Numbered from the stretch's first letter, positions 12,691 to 25,735 are shown. The stretch: DNA of 64,000 nt from Podarcis bocagei (GCA_964188305.1 OZ076886.1); one strand, 5' to 3'. Made by a program: numbers and translations. The notes: generated by a model not told the origin, from the sequence alone.

Positions 12691-13383
12691 TACATCATGA
12701 TAAATGAAATAGTGTGCAAATTCATTTTAAATTCAACTAACTGAATTTGGATTAGGGCATTTTAATATTTAAGTTGGTGTAAATGAATACAAATGAATAG
12801 GAACTTTGGATTAAAATTAGTTCCTAGTTCCTAAAAGGGAGCTATGAGCAGCTAGTGCAACTCCCCGCCACAGAAACATTCAGATTTCAGTTATTTGGAA
12901 GGTACCTAATAATTTCCAGAGTAACTTTTCTTCAATTGCATATTCCACTCATAACAGATCCTCAGGATCTGTGCGTCAGAAGCACAGTTGTGTGGACTGG
13001 CAAATCTTGCTATTGTGTTTAACTACGCTTGGACTTTGTGTGGGGTCCACTTGTTTTATTGATCTGTTACAGCCAGCCATGGCATAAGGGTACCATAATC
13101 TTTCTCCTCCTCACAGTAACAATAATATGAATCATATGGGCTACCATAGCAAATATTGTGATTCTTAGTGATGTCTACATTGAGTTTTAAATCTAGTGTG
13201 CAATTCTGGCACATATTCCGTTAGAAACACCCCGTCATTTACTTACAGGCCAGGGCTATAGAGTCCACTATGCCTTTGATTCAGCTAAATCAAGTACCAC
13301 GAACTGGCAGGACCTCAGCTTTGATTAAATGCAGGTCTGCAGACATTATGCTTAGAAAGTGATCCTGATTTTATAAAGATTGC

Positions 13384-13402
13384 TAGCACCACCTAGTGGA
13401 CA
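13384..13402 (-). promoter_or_regulatory. CTCF core motif
   Basis: Minus strand TGTCCACTAGGTGGTGCTA versus consensus TGGCCACCAGGGGGCGCTA. Confidence 0.6.
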
Positions 13403-13953
13403 TTTCTGACTCTCCACCATTAACATGTAAATTTATACCCTGAGTGAAGTAGGCTCATTCACTTATTTGGAAGTGAATTTCCATTTTCAAAGCCTTGGGA
13501 AACCCTCTACTTCTTACTTCAGCATTTTGTGACTGAGCCTTGGACTCATGAGCTACACTCCCTTTTCTTCCTTCAGCACCAACACAAGGAAAGAATTAGA
13601 AGCTTTTGCTCTGCTTTCAACTAACCACAGTTACTGGTTTGGTCAGAACCTGGACAAAGTGTGGCCAGTCCATGATTTATGAGAATAAGCTAACTTTAAA
13701 CCACAATTTATTATATTGGCTCATTTCCCTAAACCACAATTCAGATTAACCACAGCTCCATGCTTGGACATAACTGATTAAAAACGGAAGTAAAAGCTCC
13801 CAACCTCTTCATGTGGCGACACACACAAGTCCAATGCTCACACATGTAATGGTACTCAATATTGCTTCCTGACTGGATCAAGATGTTTTAAATTAAGGAC
13901 ATGGAAGCAACATTGCATGCTCGAACTTGACATGCAGTGAATGGCAATGCCAT

Positions 13954-14184
13954 TGTGGTGTAGTGGTTAAGAGCGGTAGTCTCGTAATCTGGGGAATTGG
14001 GTTCGCGTCTCCGCTCCTCCACATGCAGCTGCTGGGTGACCTTGGACTAGTCTCTCAGCCCCACTCACCTCACAGAGTGTTTGTTGTGGGGGAGGAAGGG
14101 AAAGGAGAATGTTAGCCGCTTTGAGACTCCTTAAAGGGAGTGAAAGGCGGGATATCAAATCCAAACTCTTCTTCTTCTTCTTCT
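13954..14184 (+). mobile_element. tRNA-derived squamate SINE (Squam3-like) with (TTC)n tail
   Basis: A box tggtgtagtgg, B-box-like ggttcgcgtc, gggtgaccttgg and cctcacag core, ttc tail; family name is from memory. Confidence 0.75.
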
Positions 14185-14996
14185 AAAATAATCTCCACTT
14201 CAAATTCAGAGAGTGTTTTTCACAGTTCCTTTACATTGAGTGAGAGACACTTTTATGACAATGCTTCCTTGAGTTGTTTGGGTATAGGTTTGTTTCATAA
14301 CCTCGTGTTTCTTCAATTGTGTTGACAATGTACCTTTCTGGGGAGAAGGATGTTTATACCCTTCAGACTGGGAAGAACATAGGTAGGGCTGTGTATACAC
14401 CAGGAACATTTCAAAATTCAGCATGCTATACAAATTATGCAAAGCAAGCAAATGTTTACCTATTTTGTATTATTTATTATATTTATTGTTGTGAGATGGT
14501 GTCTGTTGGGTAGGACTGGAAAGGAGCTATCCATGGCAATCCACAAAGTGAACCAGCAACATTTGTCAAGTAGGATTGAATGCAATTTCCTAGGGACAAT
14601 GAAATAAGAACAGTGAGTTTTTTTTGTTTTTAAAACCAGTGATAATTTGAAATGATGCTGAGCTCTATATTTGAGACTTGCATTAGATGGTGTTTAAAAC
14701 CTGTTAGCTTCTCTAATCTCAGTTTCTCTCCTGCTTTCTCAATGCCAGCATTAAAAACTTAATCTGAGGCCTATTGTGTTTTGCATTGCTTCTGGAAAAG
14801 GCTGAGGCCAAGGTTTGTGAAACCTGGTTGTTGTTGATACAGTCATTAAGAGGATTTCCTACAGGAATATGCCTTTCTTGTTTGCATCAGATGACAGATG
14901 CAGAAAATACCTCTTCTACCCAATGCAGATTCATTGGGAATCCATAACCTCGCAAGGCACATGTCTCTTTGACCAGTTTTCCTACAGAAGATACAG

Positions 14997-15223
14997 TTTG
15001 GCCAGTAATGGTTAAAAGTGCCAGACTAAGAACCCAGAAGACCGGAATTCAGTTCCCCATTTATCCGGGAAGCTCACTGGGTGACCTTGGACCAGTCACC
15101 ATCTCTCAGCCTAACCTACCTCACAAGGTTGTTGACATGAGGATAAAATGGGAAGGGGGAGATCCATATGCACCACCTTGAGCAGCTTGGGGGGAAAGGT
15201 AGCACATAAATGTAATAAATAAT
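14997..15223 (+). mobile_element. Older related SINE (Squam3/CORE-like); a second degraded copy follows to about 15420
   Basis: gggtgaccttgg...cagcctaacctacctcacaaggttgttg...aaatgtaataaataat. Confidence 0.7.
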
Positions 15224-15460
15224 ATCTGGAAGTAACATCAGTCTACATGATCTTTTACAGACTAGAGGAGAGCTGGAGTCAAATGCTCACTTATCCGCAA
15301 AGCTAACTGGGTGACCTCGGACCACTCACTCTCCCACAGCCTGCTGAGAAAGAGAGGAAAGGAATGGAATGGAATGTATGTTGATCTCAGAACTGGGAAG
15401 GAAGGTAGGATACAATTTATACAAAATTTATAGAGCATTTGTGGGAAGCTAAGGTACCAG

Positions 15461-15776
15461 GGATGCGGGTGGTGCTGTGGATGCGGGTGGTGCTGTTGGC
15501 AGTTCGAATCCCTGCGACGGGGTGAGCTCCCGTTGCTCGGTCCCTGGTCCTGCCAACCTAGCAGTTCAAAAACACGTCAAAGTGCAAGTAGATAAATAGG
15601 CAGGAAGGTAAACAGTGTTTCCATGTGCTGCTCTGGTTTGCCAGAAGTGGCTTAGTCATGCTGGCCACATGACCCGGAAGCTGTACGCCGGCTCCCTTGG
15701 CCAATAAAGCAAGATGAGCGCCGCAACCCCAGAGTCGGTCATGACTGGACCTAATGGTCAGGGGTCGCTTTACCTT
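15461..15776 (+). mobile_element. Sauria-type SINE with rearranged head
   Basis: Same family core and tail; 11-bp TSD taaggtaccag at 15450-15460 and 15777-15787. Confidence 0.9.
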
Positions 15777-16554
15777 TAAGGTACCAGCAGGTGGCAGTAG
15801 AGGTGAACTGACAAGGTATTACCATTAGCGCCTGCAAGTATGTATTGGTAATTTGACAGAGGTGAAAGCAAAGAGAGGTCAAGGCACTAAGTGCTGGTGT
15901 TTCAGCAGAATATACCAAGCATATTTGTACACAAGCTATGGATCTCCTGGGAATCTGCTCCCATGAATACTCAAGAAATCTTTTCCCCAGCCTGACATCC
16001 TCATTGCACCAGTCAATCACCCTCGAGTTGAATATATTCAGCTGTACAAGGGGTGCAAGTTTCATGAGAGCAAAAGACATGCAGTATTCCAAAAAATGAA
16101 AAGGTGGGTGTGCCTAAGGAGGGCATGTTCAGTTTAGGAGGGGCTGAGCCAGTGCAAACCAGGAAGAAGAAATGGCCTCTTGCGCATTGTAGAATTTTGT
16201 AAAGATACTTACAGAGACCCTTTGCAATCGCCTAGGAAGCACCGGCACCCAAGGGTGCCTAGGTGACCCTTGTCCTTAACATAGGTTGACAGATACAGCA
16301 TAATACACAGAAAGTTTGGTTCTGGGCCACATTCTTCCCTGTAACCAGGCTACCCACGTTAAGCAGCTATACCTATCCAAGGTCTGCTACTTTTACGTAG
16401 CTTCTGTCTTCAGACAAAACCTAAGCTAGTGAAAGCAGAAAGTGCAAATGGAAAGGCATAGCCATGAATTGAATGCAACTCATAGCTGCTGCACTCTTGA
16501 ACCCTCTCAATTTTTGAATCTATCCTGTGGCTGATTAAACTGCACTCTCTACAG

Positions 16555-16704
16555 CAGTGATGTCCAACCGGTCGCCTGCATTGATCGTGGGACCCCTCTT
16601 GATATATTGATGGGTGTTCTTTAATTGCAATCAGCTGATGAATTAGGAAATGAAAGTAGCGGTTACCGCTGTGTCGTTCTTTTAGGTTAGCGATTTCTCC
16701 CCTT

Positions 16705-16740
<36 letters not shown>

Positions 16741-16779
16741 GGGAGCAGATGGCAGTCTCCTGTGAGTTGGACATGCCTG
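16555..16779. mobile_element. Non-autonomous hAT element with internal (TA)n
   Basis: TIR cagtgatgtccaac / gttggacatgcctg; TSD ctctacag / ttctatag. Confidence 0.7.
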
Positions 16780-16905
16780 TTCTATAGCAAGGGCGGCAGA
16801 ACTACAACTCCCATCAGCCCCAGCCAGCATGGCTAGCAATGGTGTTAGTTGTCTAACAGCCCAACAATATGTAGAGGACTGCTAAGCTCCCCACCCCTGC
16901 TCCCA

Positions 16906-16933
16906 ACACACACACACACACACACACACACAC
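16906..16933. repeat. (CA)n microsatellite
   Basis: Seen directly. Confidence 0.95.
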
Positions 16934-17637
16934 GACCAGCCCAAAATAATTTGCTGCCTGTGGCAAAGGGCATGGTGGCAATTCCTGTGGACATTCCATA
17001 TGTAGTAGCCACATGGAATCTCCTTCTGTGCACCTGAGGAAAGCAAGCTAGTTCAAGGCCTGCAGGACTGGGTGTATGGCACCTCCCAACCAAAGAGAAT
17101 TGCCAGGGTCTGTCCCTATTGCCCCCTAGCATATTCTGCCTGAAGTGTTTGCCTCATTCTGCTTAATGGTACAGGATAGCTAGCCTCTCTTGCTGTAATC
17201 ACACAAACTATTTAAGGGGGTGGGCTTGTAATACATGAATAAAGAGAGCTTGAGTATGGAATACAGTAGTAGGCCTGCCAGCTGTATTTCCATAGTGAGG
17301 TGTGTTTAAAAAATATTCATTTGTGTTTGCGTGTGCGTGTATACACAAACACACACCCATCAGAGATTGATATTGGCCCAAAGTCATGAAGAATGCATTG
17401 GATCAGTGCAGCGGAATCCTCCGAAATCCTCCACTTGAAAGCGGCCTTAGAGATGAGCCCTTTGAGGTCTGGAAGTACTGCCTGCCCTAAGCCCCAGAGA
17501 GGTAAAAGAAAAAAGGGGCCAGTCATATGTGGCACTGAGAATTCAGTAGTTTGACTTTCCTCAGCTCAGCCCTGTTATACCACCTCTTCTTCAGCTGGGA
17601 AGAAATAATTCAGACTTGTTTTCCCAAACAGTTCACA

Positions 17638-17643
17638 TTTATT
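17638..17643 (-). terminator. Poly(A) signal AATAAA of SEC14L1
   Basis: tttatt on + strand; U-rich sequence and TGTA motifs upstream on the mRNA strand, GU-containing sequence downstream. Confidence 0.7.
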
Positions 17644-18124
17644 ATTGATACAAATAAAAAAAATCTTTTAAAGACCGTTATCTTATTACCAAGATTGAGG
17701 TAATATGTTTACAAAACATTTACAGAAATTGATATGAAGTTCATGAATACAGATGAGGAGGGAGGGGAAAAGTTGTTAAGTTCAGTAAAGGTAGGACCAG
17801 CAGAATTATCAGTTCTGACAGGAAGGAAGGATCGCGTAGGTAGGACCACACACTATGGAGAAGAGGATAAGTTGGGTAGGTGATTGTTGCCATGGCACTC
17901 CATTTTTTTAAAAATGCTGCTTTTTGTGATGTATGGACCCCCTCAAGTGTTTGTGCTTTGAGCTCTGAAAGATGCATTTGACTTCTAGGAAAAAAAGCAC
18001 CCCCATATGGGACACTTCTGAGCAAACTTAATAGATCTTCAGACAGGAGAAGTGGCTGTAACTACAAAGCCAGACATCTCTGAGCTGATGTGGACTGTTG
18101 AGTGAAGTGGTTTCTTTACAGCTG

Positions 18125-18140
18125 TCAGCAAAATCGCCAT
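18125..18140 (-). CDS. SEC14L1: Alternative terminal coding segment of SEC14L1 (R)WRFC*
   Basis: Long polypyrimidine tract ...ctctctctttttctctcag|A TGG CGA TTT TGC TGA; in frame with donor AG|gtagtg at 19913; matches my recollection of a human isoform ending RWRFC. Confidence 0.75.
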
Positions 18141-19909
18141 CTGAGAGAAAAAGAGAGAGAGAGAAAGAGGGGACCATCCCTTACAAGTGGGGAAAAAAAG
18201 AGGACATGCCCTTTTGCACCAGGAACACTAACTGGCTGCACATGGCACCATGCTGCTTTGAGGCAGGAGCTATGTTCATGACTGCATATCAAGCATTAAA
18301 ACCACTTCTGAAATCATGGGGGGGGGTGTCTTATTAGTTAAGCAGCTATCACAGAGAGCAAGAGAGCATGTGTGAGTTTGTGACCTAATGTATATTCTGC
18401 CACCCTTCCTACAATTTGACCAATACTTGAAGGGTCACCTTGACCTAATACTTCAAACACCACAAGTGTTAGTTGTCTAATTCTTCGGAAAACTGTTTTA
18501 GTCAGCATTTTACAGCCTTTAAACAAACATAGGCATTTGGCACCCTGATCCTAAACCAATTTCCACAGAGCACAGCACCATCATATTCTACAAGCTCCTT
18601 CTCTGGCCTAGTTCTATTTATAAACAAGGGGCTTTTATTTTAAATATATTTCATATCTGGGGTGGGTTGAAGAGGATACAACTTCAGCCGTTACCCGCTT
18701 TTCCAAGTAATTTGCAGCCTCTGAAATGTTTTAACTAGCTGGCTACTAAGGTCCGATGCAACACAGCAAACTTAAGACTGGCTGAATGTTTTGAGCTTTC
18801 CAAAAAATACATGCAAGGTTTCAAGCTGAAGTCTCTCAAATATGAAGGAAGTAGCAGGGGAAGGGTGATTAAAAGTGCACTTAGCATAGTAATTAAAGCC
18901 CTGGTTATAGGAAAATTGAAGCTGCAATAATTGTAGCCACAGCAGACTACACTTGTGTTCTGGACAGGATGTGGTGGCATCTTAGTGACATGTGAGATTT
19001 TCATTGCGGTTGTAGGACAGATAAGAATCTGTGAAAAGAGCAGCCACCCCCTTCCACTCATCAGCTCTTGGCAGAAGAGATGCCAGCATTCAGTGGGTTC
19101 AGGGTGAAAAGATGCAAGTTGGGGCAGATGGGGCTCCGGAAGTTTAGGATGTTGAAACAAGTCTGCTCTGTCCTCTTCAGTGCTAAGAGGTGTAACTTTA
19201 TAGACCTGAAAAACCTTTCAATGCCCAAAGCTGGAATTATTAAGCCCTTAGCAGTGAGATTAAGTGAAATGTATGAATGTCAAAAGGGCTGCCTGAGAAG
19301 ACCAGAAATCCTGCTTCCTCCGCCGAAGGCAGCACTCACCTATGACAGAGCTAGAGAAAAAGGTAAGCAGTTCAGCCAGGCACCCGCTGGCACTTCATGA
19401 AATGTCAAGTATTCTAGCTACTGCCTTTCTCTATACTTAAATGCTGGGCAGAAGCAGAGGAAGACTCTCACAGCGCCACGAAAGGAGGAAGTGTTTTCGA
19501 GCTTTGTGAGAACTTCACTGGCAGGAGCTTTAGGTTAGATTTCTAATGCACTATAGAATGTCTTGAAAGGATGGTATTTTAAAAAATAAATTATCAACCA
19601 CACTGATTACTCCTTTCATTGCAAAACAGCCCTTGCATGTCCAGGTTAGGATTTGTGCAAGCATGTTTATGATTGGGGAAAGGGGGAAATACTATGGTTA
19701 CCGCATTAAGACTGGATACGCTTTCAGCTCTAATTCAAAACAAAACCAGTATATTTAAATGCACACACAGCTACTTTACTATCTATAAAAAGGCCTTCCA
19801 CATGTTTTTTGTTTTTGCAATTGTCACCGATGATTAAGCTGTATTGCAGTTGGCTGCCATAGACGAGGGTCCGGCCATCTCATCAACTGGCTTTTGGCTG
19901 GCAGTGGCA

Positions 19910-20015
19910 CTACCTGGAAATCATGGAGCTGGAGTGAGACTGGCCGGAAGAGGTTGTAGCAGCACTGAGCTGAGAAAATCCGCTGTGACTTGATTCAAGG
20001 CTGCTCATGGACCCT
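19910..20015 (-). CDS. SEC14L1: SEC14L1 last coding exon (GSMSSLESSHSGFSQLSAATTSSGQSHSSSMISR*)
   Basis: 106 nt, ttttgcag|A GGG ... AGG TAG; summed CDS is 2145 nt = 714 aa plus stop. Confidence 0.96.
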
Positions 20016-21316
20016 CTGCAAAAGAGACAGATAGTAAGGTATTATACAAACTTGTGTGTGTTTTTTTTGCTTTTGTTAATTATGCTGGTTGGGTGGAAGC
20101 TCCCGCTCTCATACATAGAATCACAGAAGTTGGAAGGGACCTTGCGGATCATCTAGTCCATCCCATACAGGGATCGAACCTGCAACCTTGGCATTATCCT
20201 GTGCTTTCCAGAACAGTAGCTGTATTGGTTTGTTGCACTATTTTTTTTAATATAAAAAACCTCTGTATACTCTCTGCCCACCAGCAGCATATGAGCTCCC
20301 AGAAAAGGAATGTTGTCCTTAACAGAAATGATAATAATTAAAAAGTTGCTCATCTCATGGTAAGGTGGAACCAGAGTGGATGGGGGGTTCTTTTCTTCAA
20401 TCTAAATTTCAATTTAACCCTTGATTCAGTAGGAAAATATTTAAGAATTATCCGTCCTTAATCCGTCCTTGAAAGAATTTCAATTCAAAAGAGATTTCTT
20501 TCACTTCTGACCTTCTTGAATGAGAAGCAGGTATTTTGTTTAAAAGCTCTCCTTAAATGCAAGTCATATCCAAGCCAAGAGGTTTTAAATATGCCAATGG
20601 ATTTGCACAATACTATGCAGCCAGAGTGAGGCAGTTTTGTGATCTTTGGGCCCAACTGCATCTGAAACTAGGGGCAACCAACTTTTCAGGTTGTCTACTC
20701 TAGACACATTCTGCACACAACCACCATTAGAGGTATTCAAGTAGGCATTTCACATACGAGTTTGGCTTCATGAGAATCTGCTCCTTCACAAAATATACCG
20801 GTACTTGCAGTTTTTGGATCCTTTCAGCTTTAGAGCCCTGAATAGTTCCCTATGATTACAATCTCTTGTCATAGAATTGTAGAGCTAAAATGGACCCCAA
20901 CAGTCATCTAGTCCAACCCTTTGAAATGCACATGGTCCTCCTTCCAATTTGAAACCATACTGGACCTTGCTTAGCTTTGCAAACATGCTAGCAGTTTTAC
21001 TGCTGCATCCCTGATCTTGGTGGTCAGGTAACTCCATTCACAATAGCTTCACCTCCCTCCCTCCCCCTTTCTTTCCCTAGTTCCTGCCAACTTTACTTAA
21101 TACTCGTATTTGATGTGCAGTAAGTACTTTCACAACATTGCTGTTCTAAGCAATTCTGGCAAAGTGGCAGAACTGCAAGGACCCTTCTTCCATGTTTAAA
21201 AGGCCTTCACAGTATTGCCTTTCAACCAAGCAAATCATAAGAACTATTTTTGATTTTCCTTTCAGGGGTCTTTCCACTGGGACTTCCCTGCCATGGTGCC
21301 TGCAAAGGCATAGCTA

Positions 21317-21544
<228 letters not shown>

Positions 21545-22247
21545 TCACAACTCTGGTTTGCGACTCATAGTGAAGAAGCAACAGTATAAATCTTCTCTAA
21601 AACTGTTTACTCCAACAACAATCCTGAAACAACCCCATGCAGGTAGTCTGTAGGCAACTTGATCAGTAGGTTTAGCCTTTATAGCTGGAATCAGTCAAGG
21701 CCCCACCTTCTCCAGGTGGACCATAGGAACCAGGTCTTCCAGGACTCACAGCTAGATAATCACCTCTCAGAATGTTGCATGTGGCCATTTTAGTGTTGTG
21801 GGAAACTGATGGGCTGCAAAGTGTTTCAGCCTTACAGTTGTGGTGATACTCAACACCCCCAACCCCCATTGGCTGGATCTTCTTCTAAAATGCTTGATTG
21901 ATATATCTGGGGATAGGAAGTGGCTGGCAATCCCAGGGCTTTCCTTTTGAAAACTGACCAGCACCATCCTAAAATCCCTTACCATTCCACAGCAAACAGT
22001 AAGGCCACTCATGACGCAAGGCAACTATTCATTGCAACTTAAGAATTCTCTTAGATCTGCCCAGTTACTGTTGGTTGTGATCAGATAGCCCCCCCCCCCC
22101 GAGTGCTGTAGTCCAGCGATGGAAAGCTCGTAGCCCTTGAGGCATTACTGACTACAGCTCCCATCATCACTTAGTTGCGCTAGCTGGGGTTGATGGTGCA
22201 CTGGGAGTCAAAACATCTGCAGGGGCATAGAATTGGAAGGGATGCAT

Positions 22248-22296
22248 TGCCTAACGTGGGGCTCAAACCCACGACTCTGATATCAAGAGTCTCATG
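22248..22296 (-). pseudogene. tRNA-Lys(CTT)-derived fragment (tRNA pseudogene or SINE head)
   Basis: Minus strand catgagactcttgatatcagagtcgtgggtttgagccccacgttaggca resembles the 3' two-thirds of vertebrate tRNA-Lys-CTT; D arm missing, T loop mutated. Confidence 0.7.
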
Positions 22297-22412
22297 GGTT
22301 TCCCAGCCCCTGCTGTAGTCTCTTGTTACCAATTCAAGTGACTTCTGTTTGGGGTAGAAGCCAGTTGAAAGTAGCCTAACAACATGGATTTTGCCTCGAG
22401 GCTGGTTCTCAC

Positions 22413-22664
22413 CTGCACGCTCTCCCCTTCTTTACAGCTAAGCGGAGACTCCACCATGCTGTAGTCCCGCCCCAGCTGCCAGGCTTTGTCTATCAGTTGC
22501 ACATTATTGCCACCGGGAGAAGTAATGCTGTGGGCCCCCAGGGAGTCCTTTTTCGGAGGCTGTGGTGCCCTCTTGGAGTGATAGATGTTAAATACAATGT
22601 CACCTTTGCAAACATCAAAATCCCAGGTGATCACAGACGAAGCTTCCACAATCTGAATGAAGAT
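22413..22664 (-). CDS. SEC14L1: SEC14L1 coding exon 13 (IFIQIVEASSVITWDFDV...CKEGESVQ), GOLD domain
   Basis: 252 nt, ctctag|ATC ... CAG|gtgaga; overlaps ORF 22326..22649. Confidence 0.96.
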
Positions 22665-24134
22665 CTAGAGAGTTGGAGGATAATTATATTAAAAGCTCGG
22701 TCAAAGCAAAAAGCCTTTCAATGAGAAGAGCCAATTTGGCGCTGCTGTCAAATTCCACACACTTCGAATGCTCTGGCGTAGAAACCCACTGTGTTTATAT
22801 TTGCTACAAAACCTGCTATGAGGGATTCTGTGACCAGATGCAAGAGTTTAATTGCTTCTGCATCCAACTGCGTAACAGTTACAAACAAACATTTTAAAAA
22901 GCAGTACAAAGTCAAATTACACAATCAATTTTCATTTCAGCCCTACAATTAAATAAATAAAAAAGCATGTTATTTCAGAAGCCATAGAAAGGGCGGGGGA
23001 CGGGACAAATTCACCCTTGGCTTTATGACAGCAAGGAGATGTGGCAGCCCTTTCTGCCATTTTGAAAGCTCGCTGTTTGTCAATAGTTGGACGTTAAAAC
23101 AGCATGAGAGAACATGGTGTGGGAAAAGTAATCTCTTTTTAAAAAACAGCCTTGAATACTTCTAATGCAGAATAGTTGGAAGTCTAAATACTTTTTTACT
23201 TTTCATTAGATGTTATTGTTATTCTTATTAGATGCTAATTTTTGTGATTGTGGTTTTTTGCAATGTTAAGGTTTCTTAATGATGATGTGTTTTTAATTGT
23301 TGTAACCTGCCCTGGGACCTTAAGGTGAAGGCCAAGTAATAAGATAATAATATAGGCTTCCCAGTGATCGAAAGACACTGTAGAAAGACATTTTCTACAT
23401 CTAGCATATCTCTGTCCTGCTGCTTTAAGGAAATGCAGATTAAAAGAACTGACCCTTCAATAAATGCTGCTGGGGGGGGGAATAGGTGGCTCAACTGCAT
23501 CAACATTCTTCCAGTTACTACATAATAAAAAGGTAGATTAAAAGTATGCTACAGGCACCAACTGAGTGTATTCAAAGTGCACCGCATCTTGTTTTCTGCA
23601 AAAAAAAAGTTTAGTAAAGGGGGGGGGGGAGTCAGGGCTTGCCTTCACAGCAGGAGTAGAAACAGTAATTTGAGCAGTGCTCAAATTACAGGTGGGCCAG
23701 AAGGGCTTGATCCCCTTATCTTTTGAGGCAGCCCCCTTGCTACTACTTTTAGCAGACTGCAGGAAACAATGTTAGACTAAAAATGGGGGGTGGAGTTGTG
23801 TGCCTCTCTACTTCTTCCCCTTATTTCAGCATTGTTCACCAACACAAGCTCATAAGAAAGGACTTAGAAGGAACTAAGATGTTTCAGAAAGTCCACTCTT
23901 ACCAATAACTGTCCATGTGAGGCCGGCTTGCATTACTAACAAAACAGCTGAACAAAGCTGAATGAGATTTGAGCTCCTCTGTTGTGAACAGAAAATGCTT
24001 AAGGTAGCATTTTTCTAACTGTGGAAGAGAAGAAGATTCCTCTACTCAGCTGAACAATTATTTTGAGAGTGGACTAGCTGAAATATCATCTGAAGCGCCT
24101 CTAATTGCACAAAGTTGGCATGAAGCCCATGTCA

Positions 24135-24443
<309 letters not shown>

Positions 24444-24879
24444 TTAGTGGATGCGAGTTATCATTTAACAAAGACACATGTGAATTGGTTTTTAAAAACT
24501 GTGTGTGTGTCCCACCCCTTACAATTCCATATTGGTTCAACAAGACCAAACTGCAAGTTTGTCTGTTTGGAAAATTTATATAGTGGGTTAGACCCTCCAC
24601 CCCATATTCTTATGCGATTCACCTGGTTCTGTTGTTTTTACAGCCAAAATGGCAACAGCCACACAAGGTGATCATTAGCAAAGTTGGGTAACCCTGAGAA
24701 CTGCAGGAGTATAAACAACCTTTCAGGGAACCAGTGATTCTAGATGCATTTGTTAATTAGAATTGCAGTGTGCTCCACTAATTGAGTTATCAGAATGTAG
24801 GGAATGGGAAGGGGGAATTACACACTCGACAGTGCGGCTTCCCTCATGCTTGATCCAGAAGTTAGTGCAGAATGCCACA

Positions 24880-25735
24880 GCAAGAGTGCTGCCAGATGCA
24901 AGGCCCGATGTCAGCATATAACACAGCTCTGCTCAGAGATCTGCACTGGTTGCCCATTTGCTACCAGGCCAAGTTCAAGGTGTTCCTATTCGTATATAAA
25001 GCCCATAACAACCTGGGACCAGTTTGCCTACAAGATCGCCTTACCCTACACACGGCCACTCGACCGCTTGGATCAGTGTAACTGCCACTACTTACAGGTT
25101 GCCACATAATATCCGTTCTGCATTTGCAAGAACTCAATTCCACTTGGAACTCCCTGCTTATTGAGGTTAAGCAGGTGCCTTCCACTGTACTATTTTCGGC
25201 ACCTGCTAAAAACATTCCTGTTTAGACAAGCCTACCCAGACGCGAGTGGCGCTGTGGTCTAAACCACAGAGCCTAGGGCTTGCCGATCAGAAGGTTGGTG
25301 GTTCAAATCCCCGCAATGGGGTGAGCTCCCATTGCTCAGTCCCTGCTCCTGCCAACCTAGCAGTTCGAAAGCACGTCAAGTGCAAGTAGATAAATAGGTA
25401 AATGGCTGGAAGGTAAATGGCATTCCCGTGCGCTGCTCTTAGTCATACTGGCCACATGACCCGGAAGCTGTATGCCGGCTCCCTCGGCCAGTAAAGTGAG
25501 ATGAGCGCTGCAACCTCAGAGTAGTCCGCAACTGGACCTAGTGGTCAGGGGTCCCTTTACCTTTACCCAGATGTTTAGAAAGCTAAAGTAATTTTAATCT
25601 GTATTAGTATTTAAACGTTTGCATGTTTTAAAATAGGGTTGTACATTTTTTCTTTTTATCTGCTGTGCACCACTTCAGGGTGGTGGTTGTTTTTACAATC
25701 AAGCAGTGTAGAAATGTTATGGAATAAAGAAAATA
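24880..25735 (+). mobile_element. L2-clade LINE 3' fragment, interrupted by the SINE at 25241-25563
   Basis: LLRDLHWLPICYQAKFKVFLFVYKAHNNLGP is the typical L2 ORF2 C-terminal LHWLP motif; frameshifted. Confidence 0.8.
25241..25563 (+). mobile_element. Sauria-type SINE inserted into an L2-type LINE fragment
   Basis: Family consensus features; TSD tacccaga at 25233-25240 and 25564-25571. Confidence 0.9.

Larger units (their letters stand above)
17620..19909 (-). other. SEC14L1: SEC14L1 3'UTR (about 2.3 kb)
   Basis: Runs from the stop codon to the AATAAA at 17638-17643; no recognisable transposon inside; the 3' end is approximate. Confidence 0.7.

Noticed and set aside
1-17500. SEPTIN9 first exon or another neighbouring gene
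   Set aside because: No CpG island or recognisable coding exon found on either strand.
22248-22296. Functional tRNA-Lys gene
   Set aside because: 5' acceptor strand and D arm are absent; anticodon arm and T loop are mutated.
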